Origin: Centroscyllium fabricii
Lineage: Eukaryota
Assembly: GCA_051313645.2 (NCBI GenBank)
Contig: JBNRSN020000038.1
Coordinates: 1,984,001-2,048,000 of the forward strand
DNA length: 64,000 nucleotides
Direction: 5' to 3'
Shown: positions 50,691 to 64,000 of the stretch, one piece after another
Layout: each line of letters begins with the position of its first letter
Position numbering within the stretch: position 1 is the first letter of the stretch
Notes under the pieces: model-generated
What the model was told of the DNA's origin: nothing
Seen by the model: the letters and a program-made list of their open reading frames with translations, nothing else
Databases searched by the model: none
Position numbers and translations under genes: made by a program

Positions 50691-50819
50691 GGGGTAGACG
50701 TTCAGCTTTGCGTCTGGGCGTTGTGGATTGAAATTAGATGAAAATTGGGTGGTTTTTATGATGGGCGTCCAATCCTCAACATGGGTTTAACGCCCGAGCG
50801 ATAAGTTAAAAATCTACCC
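50691..50819. mobile_element. Small Harbinger-type MITE
   Basis: GGGTAGA / TCTACCC ends, TAT flanks, internal gggcgtt/aacgccc symmetry. Confidence 0.6.
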
Positions 50820-51149
50820 TATGTGTAGATTTATCAATTTGTTTTTTGTAAGTTATATATGTAGTCAAACCTCTTATTTCATGTTCATGATGGCAGCTGG
50901 TGTAACATCTTCAATTAAAGATAAATGCATCTTCTGCCCTTTCTTAGTGCTGTGGCATAGAAACGTGGAGATAGGCTGAGTTTATGGTAGTGGCAAAAAA
51001 TGGGGAAAATGCACATTTGCTGTGACACTTAATGAATAAAATTCAGATATTTAAATTAAAAAATTTGTGAAAACCTAATTGTGACACACTGCCTGAGCAC
51101 TGCAGGAGGGTTGCAAAGAAACCTGGCAACAGTTGCAGCAAAAGAAAAC

Positions 51150-53132
51150 CCAAACATGACTTCCTGATAGCCAGACATCTGAAGACTGTACAGTCGAGCG
51201 CAGATGCAGCAGCAGAATTGTATTCCACCACAATCTTTAACCTCATTGCCTGGCATATCCCTCACTCTACCATTACCATCACGCCAGGGGACCAACCCTG
51301 GTTCAATGAGTGTAGAAGAGCATGGCAGGAGCAGCATCAGGCGTACCTAAAAATGAAGTGCCAACCTGGTTAAGCTATAACACAGCACTACATGCATGCT
51401 AAACAATAGAAACAGCATACTATAGACAAAGCTAAGTGATCCCACAATCAACGAATCAGATCAAAGCTCTGCAGTCCTGCCACACCATCTTCAGCCCAAA
51501 GTGCCGAGTGGATGATCCATCTTGGCCTCCACCATCACAGAAGCCAGTCTTCAGCCAATTCGATTCACTCCATGTGATATCAAGAAACTGCTGAGTACAA
51601 TGGATGCAGCAAAGACTGTGGGCCCTGACAACATCCCGGCTGTAGTGCTGAAAACTTGTGCTCTAGAACTAGCTGCGCCTCTAGCCAAGCTGTTCCAGTG
51701 CAGCTACAAGACTGACATCTACCTGACAATGTGGAAAACTACCTTGGTATGTCCTGTCCACAAAAAACAGGACAAATTTAATCCGGCCAATTACCGCCCC
51801 ATCAGTCTACAAAGTGATGGAAGGCGTCGTCGACAGTGCTCTCAAGCGGCACTTGCCAATAACCTGCGCAACGATGCTCAGTGGGTTCTGTTATGACCAC
51901 TCTTCTCCAGGCCTCATTACAGACTTGGTCCAAACATGGATAAAGGAGCTGAATTCCAGAGGTGAGGTGAGATTGACTGCCCTTGACATCAAGGCAGCAT
52001 TTGACAGTCAAGGAGCCCCAGTAAAATTGAAGTCAATGGGAATCTGGGGGAAAACTTTCCACTGGCTAGAGTCATACCTAGCACAAAGGAAGATGGCTGT
52101 GGTTGTTGGAGGTCAATCATCTCGACCCCAGTGCATCCTCAGTTTCTCAGGGTAGTGTTCTAGGTCCAAACATCTATCATCATCTGCTGCATCAATGACT
52201 TTCCCTCCATCATAAGGTCAGAAATGGGGATGTTCGCTGATGACTGCAGTGTTCAGTGCCATTCACTACTCCTCAGATAATGAAGCAGTCCATGCCTGCA
52301 TGCAACAAGACCTGGATGACGTTCAGGCTTGGGCAGTTGAGTGGCAAGCCACATTAACGCCACACAAGTGCCAGGCAATGACTATCCAACAAACTAGTCT
52401 AGCCACTGCCCCTTAACATTCAGTGGCCTTGATATTGCTGAATCCCATCAACATCCTGGGGGGTGGGGGGGGGTGGTGTTCACCATTGACCAGAAACTTA
52501 ACTGGACTAGCCACATAAGTACTGTGGCTGCAAGAGCAGGTCAGAGGCTGGGTATTCTGCGGCGAGTGTCTCACCTCCTGACTCCCCAAAGCCTTTCCAC
52601 CATCTACAAGGCACAAGTCAGGAGTGTGATGGGCTACCCTCCACTTGCCTGGATGAGTGCAGCTCCAACAGTCAAGAGGCTCGACACCATCCAAGAGAAA
52701 GCAGCCCATTGATTACCACCCCATCCACCACCTTAAACATTTTCTCTCTCTCCACCATTGTTGCACCATGTCTGTCTTGTGTACCATCCACAAGATACAC
52801 TGCAGCATCTCGCCAAGGCTTCTTCGTCAGCACCCCCTAAACCCGCGGCCTTTACCACCGAGAAGGACAAGGACAGCAGGCACATGGGAACACCATCACC
52901 TCCAAGTTACATGCCATCTTGACTTGGAAATATATAGCTGTTCCATCATCGTCACTGGGTCAATATCCTGGAACTCCCTCCGTAACAGCACTGTGGGAGT
53001 ACCTTCACCACACGGACTGCAGCGGTTCAAGAAGGCAGCTCACCACCACCTTTTCGAGGACAATTGGAGATGGGCAATAAATGATGGCCTTGCCAGCGAC
53101 TCCCACATCCCATGAACGAATATTTAAAAAAA
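51150..53132 (+). mobile_element. LINE family B, degenerate
   Basis: GPDNIP, NYRPISL, LDIKAAFD, FADD; same 3' end as 34900; A-tail. Confidence 0.85.
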
Positions 53133-53565
53133 ACTGAGCCTGACATTAGGTCCTAATGCATCTGTTTTATAATTGTGGAGATTTTGCATGTGCTGGGTTT
53201 GTGATCCTAAACAAACATTTTGAAAATGTCAGACATGGGGCAGCTCCTGTGTTGGAAAAAACTTGAATTGTCCTTCTAAAAACTTTGGAAAAACCTCTTT
53301 CTCAAATTGTCTACTATTGACAGTAACTCAGGTTGTTTGGAGAAAACATAACACATTGTAATCTAATGGTGTAAGGTGTTGGTAAAATAATGGTCTTTCA
53401 TTCTGCTGCATTGATGACATTAACAGTTGCAGGTATGGCAAAACCACATTAGCAACATTTAAACTATGGATTAAGTGTGACTGATCATGCGAAGGAGACA
53501 TGAGCAATGTATAGACTGTAATTATCCTTGAGAACTTTTAACATTTTTTGTTTTCTCTCCTCCAG

Positions 53566-53682
53566 GTAATTCCAGCAGGAGGAAGCGTTCTATTTAGAAT
53601 TGTCTTCCTACCCACAGAAGAAGGCAATGTGCAGAATTCTTTATTTATAAATACTTCTACCCACGGGACTCTTTCATATCAG
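53566..53682 (+). CDS. TMEM131L: TMEM131-like internal coding exon
   Basis: ttttctctcctccAG acceptor, GTTGGT donor; 117 nt encoding [39 protein letters not shown]; FLPTEEG and LFINTS match TMEM131L rather than TMEM131. Confidence 0.93.
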
Positions 53683-53873
53683 GTTGGTATATGGGCTTAA
53701 TTCCAGAGCACCCTATCTGAAAATCCCCGCACAAAGTGCACATGAGGTACAGGTGGATCTGCTGCATTGTACAGTGTTTTAATACTTAGCAAATAAAATT
53801 ATGCATACTTTATGCTCAATTTTGTACGGCATTTGAAAGTGCAGTTATTTTGTTGTAGTGAAGAGGCAATTCA

Positions 53874-54603
53874 GGGCACTCAGTTAAATGGGTTTAAGTG
53901 GTGTTGAGGCCTGCAGATAAAACTGGTATTTCCATGAAGGCCATTGAAGTTGATGTGTGAAGAGTGGCCACATTATGTTGCCCACCATATTCTCATTTTA
54001 AATGATTGAATATACAGACTTGGCTAACTGGTGAGTTTAATTTCTTTAACTTCACACATCAACTTCAATGGCCTTCATGGAAATACCAGTTTTATCTGCA
54101 GGCCTCAACACCACTTAAACCCATTTAACTGAGTGCCCAGTTGTGTGAATGAAAAATTATGAAATTAGGCTGCATTTAAAATAATTAGAATGTGCAGCAG
54201 TATCATTTCACATATATAATCTTTCATTTATCGATATAACTCAACAAATACAAAAATCAGTACAGAAAACAAATCGGGGTGGGGGGGAGAAAGAGGAGCG
54301 AGAATTAAAGGTCGTGAGCCACTGAGTTTGAATGAGCAAACTTGGCAATTAGCTGCCAACAGGTACAAGTGATGAAGAGCAGAATTCCCACATGAAATCT
54401 AAACTACATTTACCAACAGACTTCTCCGCTAACTTCATCAGGCTGAAGTTATTTGATTACCCAGGTCTTCATTTACTTAAATAGCCAATACATAAGAAAT
54501 GAAAGAAAAAGAAAAGCTCTATTTATGTTGCCCACCATATTCTCATTTTAAATGATTGAATATACAGACTTGGCTAACTGGTGAGTTTAATTTCTTTAAC
54601 TTC
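53874..54603. repeat. Local complex duplication (89-bp inverted plus 81-bp direct)
   Basis: 53874-53962 is the reverse complement of 54050-54138; 53973-54053 is identical to 54523-54603. Confidence 0.9.
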
Positions 54604-54756
54604 TTGGTCGCTCAGAAAATCCCTTGTTTTGTTTAAGATTTGGTGAATGTATCTTCAGATTTAATATATCTTGGCAAGTAGGTTTATCTATCTTTTTAAA
54701 TAATCAAAACACAATAGTTACTTTTTTTCTATATAAAGGAGTAGATAGTAAGGGGA

Positions 54757-55228
54757 GGCTGTGGCGTAGTGGTTATGTCACTAGACTAATAAGCCAGAGG
54801 CTCAGTCAAATGCTGTGAGGATATGGGTTCAAATCCCACCACAGCAGCTGGTGGAATTTAAATTCAATTCAATTCAATTTAATTCTGGAATTAAATGTTA
54901 GTCTTAGTAATGGTGACCATGATACCATTGTCGATTGTTGCAAAAACCCATCTGGTTCACTGATGTCCTTTAGGGAAGGAAATCTGCCGTCCTTACCTGG
55001 TCTGGCCTACATGTGACTCCAGACCCACAGCAATATGGGTGACTCTTAATGCCCTCTGAAATGGCCTAGCAAGCCACTCAGTTGTAAACAACCGCTACAC
55101 CATATGGACTGCAGCGGTTCAAGAAGGTGGCTCACCACCATCTTCTCAAGGGCAATTAGGAATGGGCACGAAATGCAGGCCTAGCCAGCCAGCGACGCCC
55201 ACACCCCATCAATGGATAAAAAAAAAAG
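54757..55228 (+). mobile_element. tRNA-derived SINE with LINE family B 3' tail
   Basis: A-box TGGCGTAGTGG, B-box GGTTCAAATCC; last ~110 nt nearly identical to 34828-34940; poly-A. Confidence 0.85.
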
Positions 55229-55604
55229 AAACAAAATCACACTTGTATAATTGTGTATCGGCATTTGGTGTATTGCTGAATTGTCCTTTGTTCATTTTTT
55301 AAAACAGATGTTTGGTGTTGGAGGTTCCAGTACCCAGGTGGTAATGAATGATCAACATTACTCAGCTGACAAACTCATACTTTTTCCACGCATCCAAAAT
55401 GTTGAATTAACATATCAGGTTGGTGCACATGTAGTATTTGAAGGCTGTCGAAAGCTTGAATAATTTTGTATAAACTAAATGATCAGCATTAGGATATATC
55501 TTTGGCTGTATATTATTTCTTCATTGCCCACTCCTTATTGAAGTTCTTATTTGATGTATTGAAATTGCTAGTACACGCTCTGGTGGAATCGGATCTCTCT
55601 TTCC

Positions 55605-55921
55605 TCCTCGTGGGGGAATCTAGAACTAGAGGGCATAGTTTCAGGATAAGGGGGTCGCCCATTTCAAACTGAGATGAGGAGGAATTTCTTCTGAGGGTCA
55701 TGAATCTCTGGAATTTTTTTCCCCCAGAGAGGTGTGGTGGCGGAGTCATTGAATATATTCAAGGTGGAGATAGACATTAATTTGAGCTACGGGGGGTCGA
55801 GGATTATGGGGAGTGGGCGAGAAAGTGGCGTTGAGGCCAAGATTAGATCAGCCATGTTCTTATTGAATGGTGGGGCAGGTTCAAAGGGCCAAATGGCCTA
55901 CTCCTCCTATTTCTTATGTTT
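55605..55921 (+). mobile_element. CR1 LINE 3' fragment
   Basis: gaatctagaactagagggcatag.., CR1 3' UTR, ttcttatgtt tail. Confidence 0.85.
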
Positions 55922-56284
55922 CCCCCACCCCCCACACTTTATTTGGTGATTGGGGATGGATCTGCCCTTGCTCAATTTGATGAGGCTTAACCCTTTTCAT
56001 TTTAATATGATCCCTACAAGCACAGGGAGCCAGCATGGCAGCACCATTAGCTGGGGCAGGAAATTGGGCAATTGAGCAGCTGTTAAGGGGCTGCTGTATG
56101 CCATTTAAAGGGGAGAGTACTTTGTCCAAGTGCTAAAGACAAAAGGATAATTTGCTTCCTGTTGGAACAACTGTAACTTCAAATTAAAAAAAAAAACCTC
56201 AAAGGGTGAACACTTCCCATTTAATGAAAATTCCTTGGAAGTGCTGCTACAGGCTGACTTTTCTTTTGGTAAAGTTGTGCAGCA

Positions 56285-57850
56285 TGGCAGCACTGTCCTG
56301 CTCCGAGGTAAGAGGTGCTCTACGTGGAGTGAACGCACGGAAGGCCGCGGGTCCTGATGGCATCACCGACCGGGCACTTGAAGACTGTGCCAACCAACTG
56401 GCTGAAGTCTTCACTGACATCTTCAACCTGTCACTGGCGAAGGCAGCTGTCCCTACCTGCTTCAAGACCGCTACCATCATCCCTGTGCCCAAGAAAACGG
56501 CCGTGACGTACATGAACGACTACCGCCCTGTCGCACGTACACCCATTATCATGAAGTGTTTCGAGCGGCTGCTCCTGGCCCACATCAAAGCCAGCATCCC
56601 CGCCGCCCTGGACCAATACCAGTTCGCCTACTGTGGGAACAGATCTACGGAAGATGCTATCACTACGGCTCTTCACTCTGCACTAAACCACCTGGATAGC
56701 AAAGATACGTATATCAGAATGCTGTTTATTGACTACAGCTTAGCATTCAACACCATCGTCCCCAGCAAATTGTCTAACAAACTCCTCACCCTCGGCCTGA
56801 ACACCTCCCTCTGCAACTGGACCCTGGACTTCCTAACCAACAGACCACAGTCTGTGAAGTTAGGCAACCTCACCTTCCACCCCCCCCCCCCTTACCCTGA
56901 ACACAGGGGCCCCACAAGGCTGTGTGCTGAGCCCCCTCCTCTACTCCCTCTTCACTCACGACTGTGCGGCTGTCCATGGCTCCAACACAGTCATCAAGTT
57001 TGCGGATGACACCACGGTGGTTGGCCAGATCACCAACAATGACGAATCAGCCTACAGGGATGAGATCCAGCGCCTTGTGGGATGGTGTGCCGACAACAAC
57101 CTGGCACTGAACACCAAGAAAACTAAGGAGATCATAGTGGACTTCCGGAGGACTGGAAGCAGAAGACACACCCCCATCTTCATCCAAGGGGCTGAGGTGG
57201 AAAGGGTGTCCAGCGTCAAGTTCCTCGGGCTCCACATCTCGGAAGATCTTTCCTGGTCACGAAGGCCCAACAGCGCCTGTACTTCCTAAGGAAGCTGAAG
57301 AAAGCCAGGCTGTCATCCGGCATCCTCTCCAACTTCTACCGCTGCACAATCGAAAGCATACTGACAAGCTGCATCACAGTCTGGTATGGAAATTGCACTA
57401 TCTCGGACCGGAAGACCCTGCAGCGGGTAGTCAAAATGCCCAACGAATCACCGGTACCCAGCTACCGTCAATGGAAAGCATCTACCTCAAACGCTGCTTA
57501 CGGAGGTCTCTGAACATTATTAAAGACCCCACACACCCCAGCCACAGTCTGTTCACCCCCCCTGCCCTCCGGGAGACGCTACAGATCAATTCGCACCCGC
57601 ACGACTAGATTTAAGAACAGCTTCTTCCCCAGGGCTGTCAGCCTCCTGAACTCTTTAAAAAAAAATAAAAAAAATAATAATAATAAAAAAATAAAAATAA
57701 TAAACTCTGGTACCTGCACACCTGATAATGTACTTTACTGTATGCAATTTGCATGTAATTTATTTGCACTACTCTCGGCAGCGTCGAGTCTTCGTCTCGT
57801 TGTATTGTACTAGTACTCTGCAATGACAATAAAACTTGAATTGAATTGAT
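56285..57850 (+). mobile_element. Rex1/Babar LINE, 5'-truncated and frameshifted
   Basis: [42 protein letters not shown]; tail caatgacaataaa(TTGAA)n. Confidence 0.88.
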
Positions 57851-58119
57851 TTGAAATGATGATTTTTGATGCCTTGACTAAGGTATATAGCGGGAGCTGA
57901 CCTGAGCAATCCAGACAGTAGAATCCTTCCTTCAGCTTATCGGTGGTTTGCTCCACAGTAACTCCAGTTGGGATGTATGTCTCGTATTTATGTTAAGATG
58001 CTGTTCAGAAATTTCTTAGGAAAGGGAAGAGGGTGGGAATTGAGGCTATCTGTGAACATTGCACCTGGCCTCTACCAACCATCTAACCAGTCTCCCTGTA
58101 TCTGTGGTTATGCAACCCC

Positions 58120-59801
58120 TGTCATACCTCGCACAAAGGAAGATGGTTGTCGTGGTTGAAGGTCAATCACCACAGCCCCAGGATATCGCTGCAGGAGTTC
58201 CTCAGGGCAGCGTCCTAGGCCCAACCATCTTCAGCTGCTTCATCAATGACCTTCCCTCCAACATAAGGTCAGAAATGGGGATGTTCACTGATGACTGCAC
58301 AGTGTTCAGCGCCATTCACAACTCCTCAGATAATGAAGCAGTCCATGCCTGCATGCAACAAGACCTGGACGATATTCAGGCTTGGGCTGATAAGTGGCAG
58401 GTAACATTCGCACCACACAAGTGCCAGGCAATGACTATCTCCAACAAGCGAGAGTCTAACCACCGCCCCATGACATTCAACGGCATTACCATTGTGGAAT
58501 CCCCCACCATTAGCATCCTGGGGGTCACCATTGACCAGAAACTTAACTGGACTAGCCACATAAATACTGTGGCAACAAGAGCAGGTCAGAGGTTAGGTAT
58601 TCTGCGATGAGTGTCTCCCCTCCTGACTTCCCAAAGCCTTTCCACCATCTACAAGACACAAGTCAGGAGTGTGATGGAATACTCTCCACTTGCCTGGGTG
58701 AGTGAAGCTCCAACAACCCTGAAGAAGCTCGACACCATCCAGGGCACAGCAGCTGGCTTGATTGGCACCCTGTCCACCACCTTAAACATTCACTCCCTCC
58801 ACCACCGGCACACCATGGCTGCAGTGTGTACCATCTACAATATGCACTGCAACAACTTGCCAAGGCTTCTTCGGCAGCACCTCCCAAACCCGCGACATTC
58901 ATACCGAGAGGATTCGAGTACAGGAGCAAGGATATCTTGCTGCAGTTGTACAGACCTTGAGTATTGTGTGCAGTTTTGGTCGCCTTATCTGAAGAAGGAT
59001 GTTCTTGCCATGGAGGGAGTGCAGCGAAGATTCACCAGACTGATACCTGGGATGGCAGGAATGACGTATAAGGAGAGATTGGGTCGATTAGGCTTATATT
59101 CGCCAGAGTTTAGAAGAATGAGAGGGGATCTTATTGAAACTTATATCATTCTAACAGGACTAGACAGACTAGATGCAGGAAGGATGTTCCCGATGGTCGG
59201 GGAGTCCAGAACCAGGGGTCACAGTCTAAGGATAAGGGGTAAGCCATTTAGGACTGAGATGAGGGGGAATTTCTTCACCCAGAGAGTGGTGAACCTGTGG
59301 CAATCTCTACCACAGAAGGCAACAGAGGCCAATTCATTAAATATATTCAAGAAGGAGTTAGATATATTTCTTAAGGCTAAAGGGATCATGGGATATGGGG
59401 AGAAGGCAGGGTACTGGGTTTGGATGATCAGCCATGATCTCATTGAATGGCGGAGCAGGCTCGAGGGGCTGAATGGCCTACTCCTGCTCCTATCTTCTAT
59501 GTTTCTAGAAGGACAAGGGCAGCAGGTGCAAGGGAACGCCACCACCTGTAAGTTCCCCTCCAAGTCACACACCATCCTGACTTGGGAAGTATATCACCAA
59601 TCCTTCATTGTCGCCGGATCAAAATCCTGGAACTCGCTCCCTAACAGCACTGTGGGAGTACCTTCACCACACGGACTGCAGCGGTTCAAGAAGGCAGCTC
59701 AGCACCACCTTCTCTCGGGAAACTAGAGATGGGGAAAAAATGCTGGCCTTGCCAATGATGCCCACATCCCATGAATGAATGGATTAAAAAATAAATAAAA
59801 A
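58120..59801 (+). mobile_element. LINE family B 3' part interrupted by CR1
   Basis: GVPQGSVLGP, WADKWQV; resumes at ~59506 after the CR1 insertion. Confidence 0.85.
58907..59505 (+). mobile_element. CR1 3' fragment nested in LINE B
   Basis: LEYCVQFWSPYLKKD ... TTCTATGT tail. Confidence 0.88.
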
Positions 59802-60325
59802 TTAATAGGTTGAACCCTGATGCCCGATTGAGTGCCATCCATCGTACCTGGTACTCTTGGAAAACCTGCCACTTGTTAGAAATTCTGTGCCATGTCTAGC
59901 TGTTGCCTGCTTTCCACAGGGGAAATTATGCAAACAGTGCATCGTTTGCTTGCTTAAGGCATCTAGAAAGCAGACTGGATAATTTGGCACATTGCCTGCG
60001 GTGGTTTTGAAAGGTCTGATGGTACAGAAGCTGCAAGAAGAGCTGTCTCTGATAGAAGTGACCTGCAGGTTAACCTGGAGGAGATGCATAGCTCTGTGGA
60101 TCTGAGCTCATTTTTGTGACCTGGATGTGCCTTCAGCAGAACCTTTCAAAATCAGACTTAAATCATGCCACTTGTGATGCAATTATGTCTCTTTAGGATC
60201 CCATCTTTACTAATGTTAAAATCTATTCATCCTACCAGTGGCTCTTCAGAAACGTGCTCGATGTACTCTCTGAGCACCCTGTCTCAGTTGGAAAGTGCAA
60301 ACCTTTCCTCTTTTTCCATACAAAT

Positions 60326-63300
60326 CATAGAAATTTACAGCACAGAAGGAGGCCATCATGTTTGTGCCGGCCAAAAAAGAGCTATCCAGCCGAATCCCAC
60401 TTTCCATCTTTTGATCCGTAGCCTTGTAGGTTGTGACACTTCAAGTGCTTTTCCAAGCACTTTTTAAATGTGATGAGGGTTTCTGCCTCGACCACCCTTT
60501 CAGGCAGTGAATTCCAGACCCCCACCACCCTCTGGGTAAAAAAAGTTCTCCTCAACCCCCCTCTAACCTTTCTACCAATTACTTTAGATCTATGCCCCCT
60601 GGTTATTGATCTCTCTGCTCAGGGAAATAGGTCCTTTCTATCCACTCTATCTCCATCAAGTCACCCTTCAACCTCCTCTGTTCCAAAGAAAACAAACACA
60701 GCCTATCCAATCTTTTCTCAGCTAAAAGTATCCAGTCTTGGCAACATCCTTGTAAATCTCCTCTGTACCCACTCTAGCAATCACATCTTTTCTGTAATGT
60801 GGTGACCAGAACTGTACACAGTGCTCTAACTGTGGCCTAACTAGTGTTTTATACAGTTCAAGCATAACCTCCCTGCTCTTGTATTCTATGCCTCGACTAA
60901 TACAGGAAAGTATCCCGTACGACGCCTTAACTACCTTATCTACTTAGAAACATAGAAGATAGGAGCAGGAGTAGGCCATTCGGCCCTTCGAGCCTGCTCC
61001 GCCATTCAATGAGATTATGGTTGATCATCCAAACCTAGTACCCTGTCCCTGCCTTGTCCCCATATCCCTCGATCCCTATCGAGCCTGCACCGACACATAT
61101 CCCACCCTATCCCCGTAACCCCACACATTTAATCCCCCTAACACTAAGGGTCAATTTATCATGGCCAATCAACCTAACCCGCACATACTTGTCTTGCTAC
61201 CTTCAGGAATCTGAACTTGTACTCCAAGATGTCTCTGCTCCTCTACACTTGTATCCTACCATTTATTGTGTATTCTCTTGCTTTGTTAGCCCTCCCCAAA
61301 TGCATTACCTCACACTTCTCTGGATTGAATTCCATTTGCCACTTTTCTGCCCACCTGACCAGTCCATTGATATCTTCCTGCAGTCTACAGCTTTCTTCCT
61401 CACTATCAACCACGCGGCCAATGTTTGTATCATCTGCAAATTTAATCATGCCCCCTATATTGAAATCTCAATCATTGATGTATGCCACAAAAAGCAAATG
61501 ACCTAGTACTGAGCCCTGTGGAACCCCACTAGAAACAGCTTTCCAGTCACACAAACATCCATCGACCATTACCCTTTGCTTCCTGCCACTGAACCAATTT
61601 TGGATCCAACTTGCCACCTTCCCTTGGATCCCATCTTTTCTGACCAGTCTGCCATGTGGGACCTTGTCAAAAGCCTTGCTAAAATCCATGTAGACTGCAT
61701 CAAATGCGCTACCTCATCAAACCTCCTTGTTACCTCAAAAAATCCAATCCGGTTAGTCAGACACGACACTCTCTTAACAAATCCATGCTGACTGTCCTTG
61801 ATTAATCCGTGTCTTTCTAAATGACGATTAATACTGTCTCGGAATTTTGTCTCAGAATTTTTTCCCAACAATTTGCACACCACCGAGGTTAGGCTGACCC
61901 TGTAATTACTTGGTCTATCCCTTTTTAAACAATGGTACTACGTTAGCAGTCCTCCAGTCCGCTGGCACCACACCTGTAGCCAGAAAGGATTGGAAAATGA
62001 TGGTCAGAGCCTCCGCTATCCTTGCTTCTTTAACAGCCTGGGATACATTTCATCCGGGCCTGCCGATTTATCTACTTTCAAAGATGCTAAACCCCTTAAT
62101 ACTTTCTCTCTCACTATGTTTATCTCATCTAAATGTTCACACTCCTCCTCAACTACAATGTCTGCATCGTCCCTCTCTTTTGTGAAGACAGATGCAAAGT
62201 ATTCATTAAGAACCGTACTCTTCTGCCTCCATGCGCAAACTTGCTTTTTGGTCCCTTATGGGCCCTACTCTTTCTTTTAGTTATCCTCTTGCTCTTCGTG
62301 TATTTTTAAAACATCTTTGGGTTTTCCTTGATTTTATATTTTTTCATGCCCTCTCTTTGCTTTCCTAATTTCCTTTTTTGCTTCACCCCTGCACTTTCTA
62401 TACTCCTCTAGGCTTTCTGCAGTATTTAGCTCTCTAACTGACGTAAGCTTCTCTCTTTTTGCCTTATCCTACTTGACATCCAGGGGGCTCTAGATTTGGG
62501 AGTCCCACACTTTTTCTCTGTGGGGACATATTTGTTCTGAACCCTTGCTGTCGCCTCCTTGAATGCCTCCCATGACTCTGACACTGATTTACCTTCAAGT
62601 AGCTGTTTCCAGTCCACCTTTGCTAAATGACATCTCAGTTTAGTAAAATTGGCCTTTCCCCAATTGAGAGCTTTTACACCCAGTCTATCTTTATCCTTTT
62701 CCATAACTACGCTAAATCTAACTGAATTATGATCACTACCACCAAAATGCTCTCCCACTGATACCCCTTCCAGCTGCCCAACCTCATTCCCTAAAACTAA
62801 ATCCAGAATCGCCCATCTCTTGTTGGGCTTGTTATGCACTGGCTAAACATTTTTAAGAATTTTGCATTCTCTATACTTTTTACTCGGATTCTATCCTAGC
62901 TAATGTTAGGGTAGTTGAAATCCCCTACTATTACTGCCCTATTGTTTTTGCACTTCTCAGAAATGTGCCTACATATTTGCTCTTCTATCTTCCTCTGACT
63001 ATTTGGGGTCTATAGTACACACCCAGCAGTGTAATTACCCCTTTTTTGTTCAGTTCAATCCATGTGGCCTCATTTGATGATCCTTCTAACATATCATCCT
63101 TCTTCACAGCTGTAATTGTTTCTTTAACCAATATTGCAACCTCACCATCCTTTATTATCCCCCTCTTTATCTTGTCTGAAAACCCTGAAGCAGGAATGTT
63201 GAGCTGCCATTCCTGCCCTCCTTTCAGCCATGTTTCAGTAACAGCTATGATATTATACTTCCACGTGTCTCTCTGCTCATCTGCCTTATTCACTAGACTC

Positions 63301-63860
63301 CTTGCATTGAAGGATATACCATTAAGCATTGCCAAACACCTTTGTTGTCTATTTTCTAGCCTTTGTTTCTTCTGCCTTCCAAACTCACTTACTAATTTTC
63401 TGCCTTCCATTTCCAGTTTTGCTTCTCTCCCTTCTGAATCTACGCTCAGGTTCCCATCCCCCTGCCAAACTAATTTAAACATTCCCAACAGCACTAGCAA
63501 ACCTCCCCATGAGGATATTAGTCCCGGCTATGTTGAGGTGCAACCCTTCCAGCTTGAACAGGCCCCACCTCCCCCAGAACCAGTCCCAATGCCTCCGGAA
63601 TCTAAAGCCCTCCCTCCTGCACCATCTCTCCAGCAATGTATTCACCTGCTCTATCCTCCTATTTCTGTAAATAAATGTGTGTGGCACCAGGAGTAATCCA
63701 GAGATTGCTACCTTTTTGAAATCCTGCTTATTAATCTCTTTCCTAGCTCCCTAAAATCTGTGTGCAGGACTTTGTCATTGATATCGATATAGACCACGAC
63801 CCCTGGCTGTTCACCGTTTCCCCCCCACCCCCATCCAAATGTCCTGCAGCCGCTCAGTGA
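60326..63860 (-). mobile_element. Degenerate CR1 LINE with ORF1 SGNH-esterase remnant and ORF2
   Basis: ORF1 C-terminus WCRREGFRF..HW..FWGR..L...GLHL (63475-63690); FNARSL, TETWL, SDHN, MDFSKAFDKVP, FADD. Confidence 0.9.
60946..61185 (-). mobile_element. Chimeric V-SINE (HE1-like)/CR1-tail retrocopy
   Basis: V-domain-like text ggttaggttgattggccatgataaattgacccttagtgt joined to a CR1 3' UTR; TACTT on both flanks. Confidence 0.7.
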
Positions 63861-64000
63861 CTTCTTTCTCCTTCAAGACTGAGTGATAGCAGTTCTGCAA
63901 ATGTTACTTGTCTAGATTGGTTAGTGTATCAAAGCTAAAGTAGAGCCATCCACCCATCTCAATAGCAGAGGTGTTAAGGGTCAGGCAGACTGAAGATGGG

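Noticed and set aside
58611-59726. 371-aa ORF
   Set aside because: Read-through across nested LINE B and CR1 fragments

Overview
This is eukaryotic, repeat-rich genomic DNA; the repeat families point to a cartilaginous fish (shark-like). The window is mostly intronic. Three short + strand exons (31819-31884, 47235-47358, 53566-53682) splice in frame to a peptide matching the N-terminal region of TMEM131L/KIAA0922. Most of the remainder is nested transposable elements. LINEs: many CR1 copies (one near-complete ORF2), a second LINE family and a Rex1/Babar LINE. Other retroelements: tRNA-derived SINEs, Penelope-derived palindromes with degenerate hammerhead cores, a very young CsRn1-like Gypsy element with apparently identical LTRs, and an older Gypsy element whose PBS position pairs with its own LTR instead of a tRNA. 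DNA transposons: a decayed PIF/Harbinger element with matching MITEs, several hAT MITEs, and about 10 copies of a TA-flanked Tigger/pogo-like MITE family packed with NRF1, YY1, CCAAT and RFX motifs. Most ORFs in the six-frame track are TE fragments or artefacts. All assignments come from motif recognition by eye, not from database searches.
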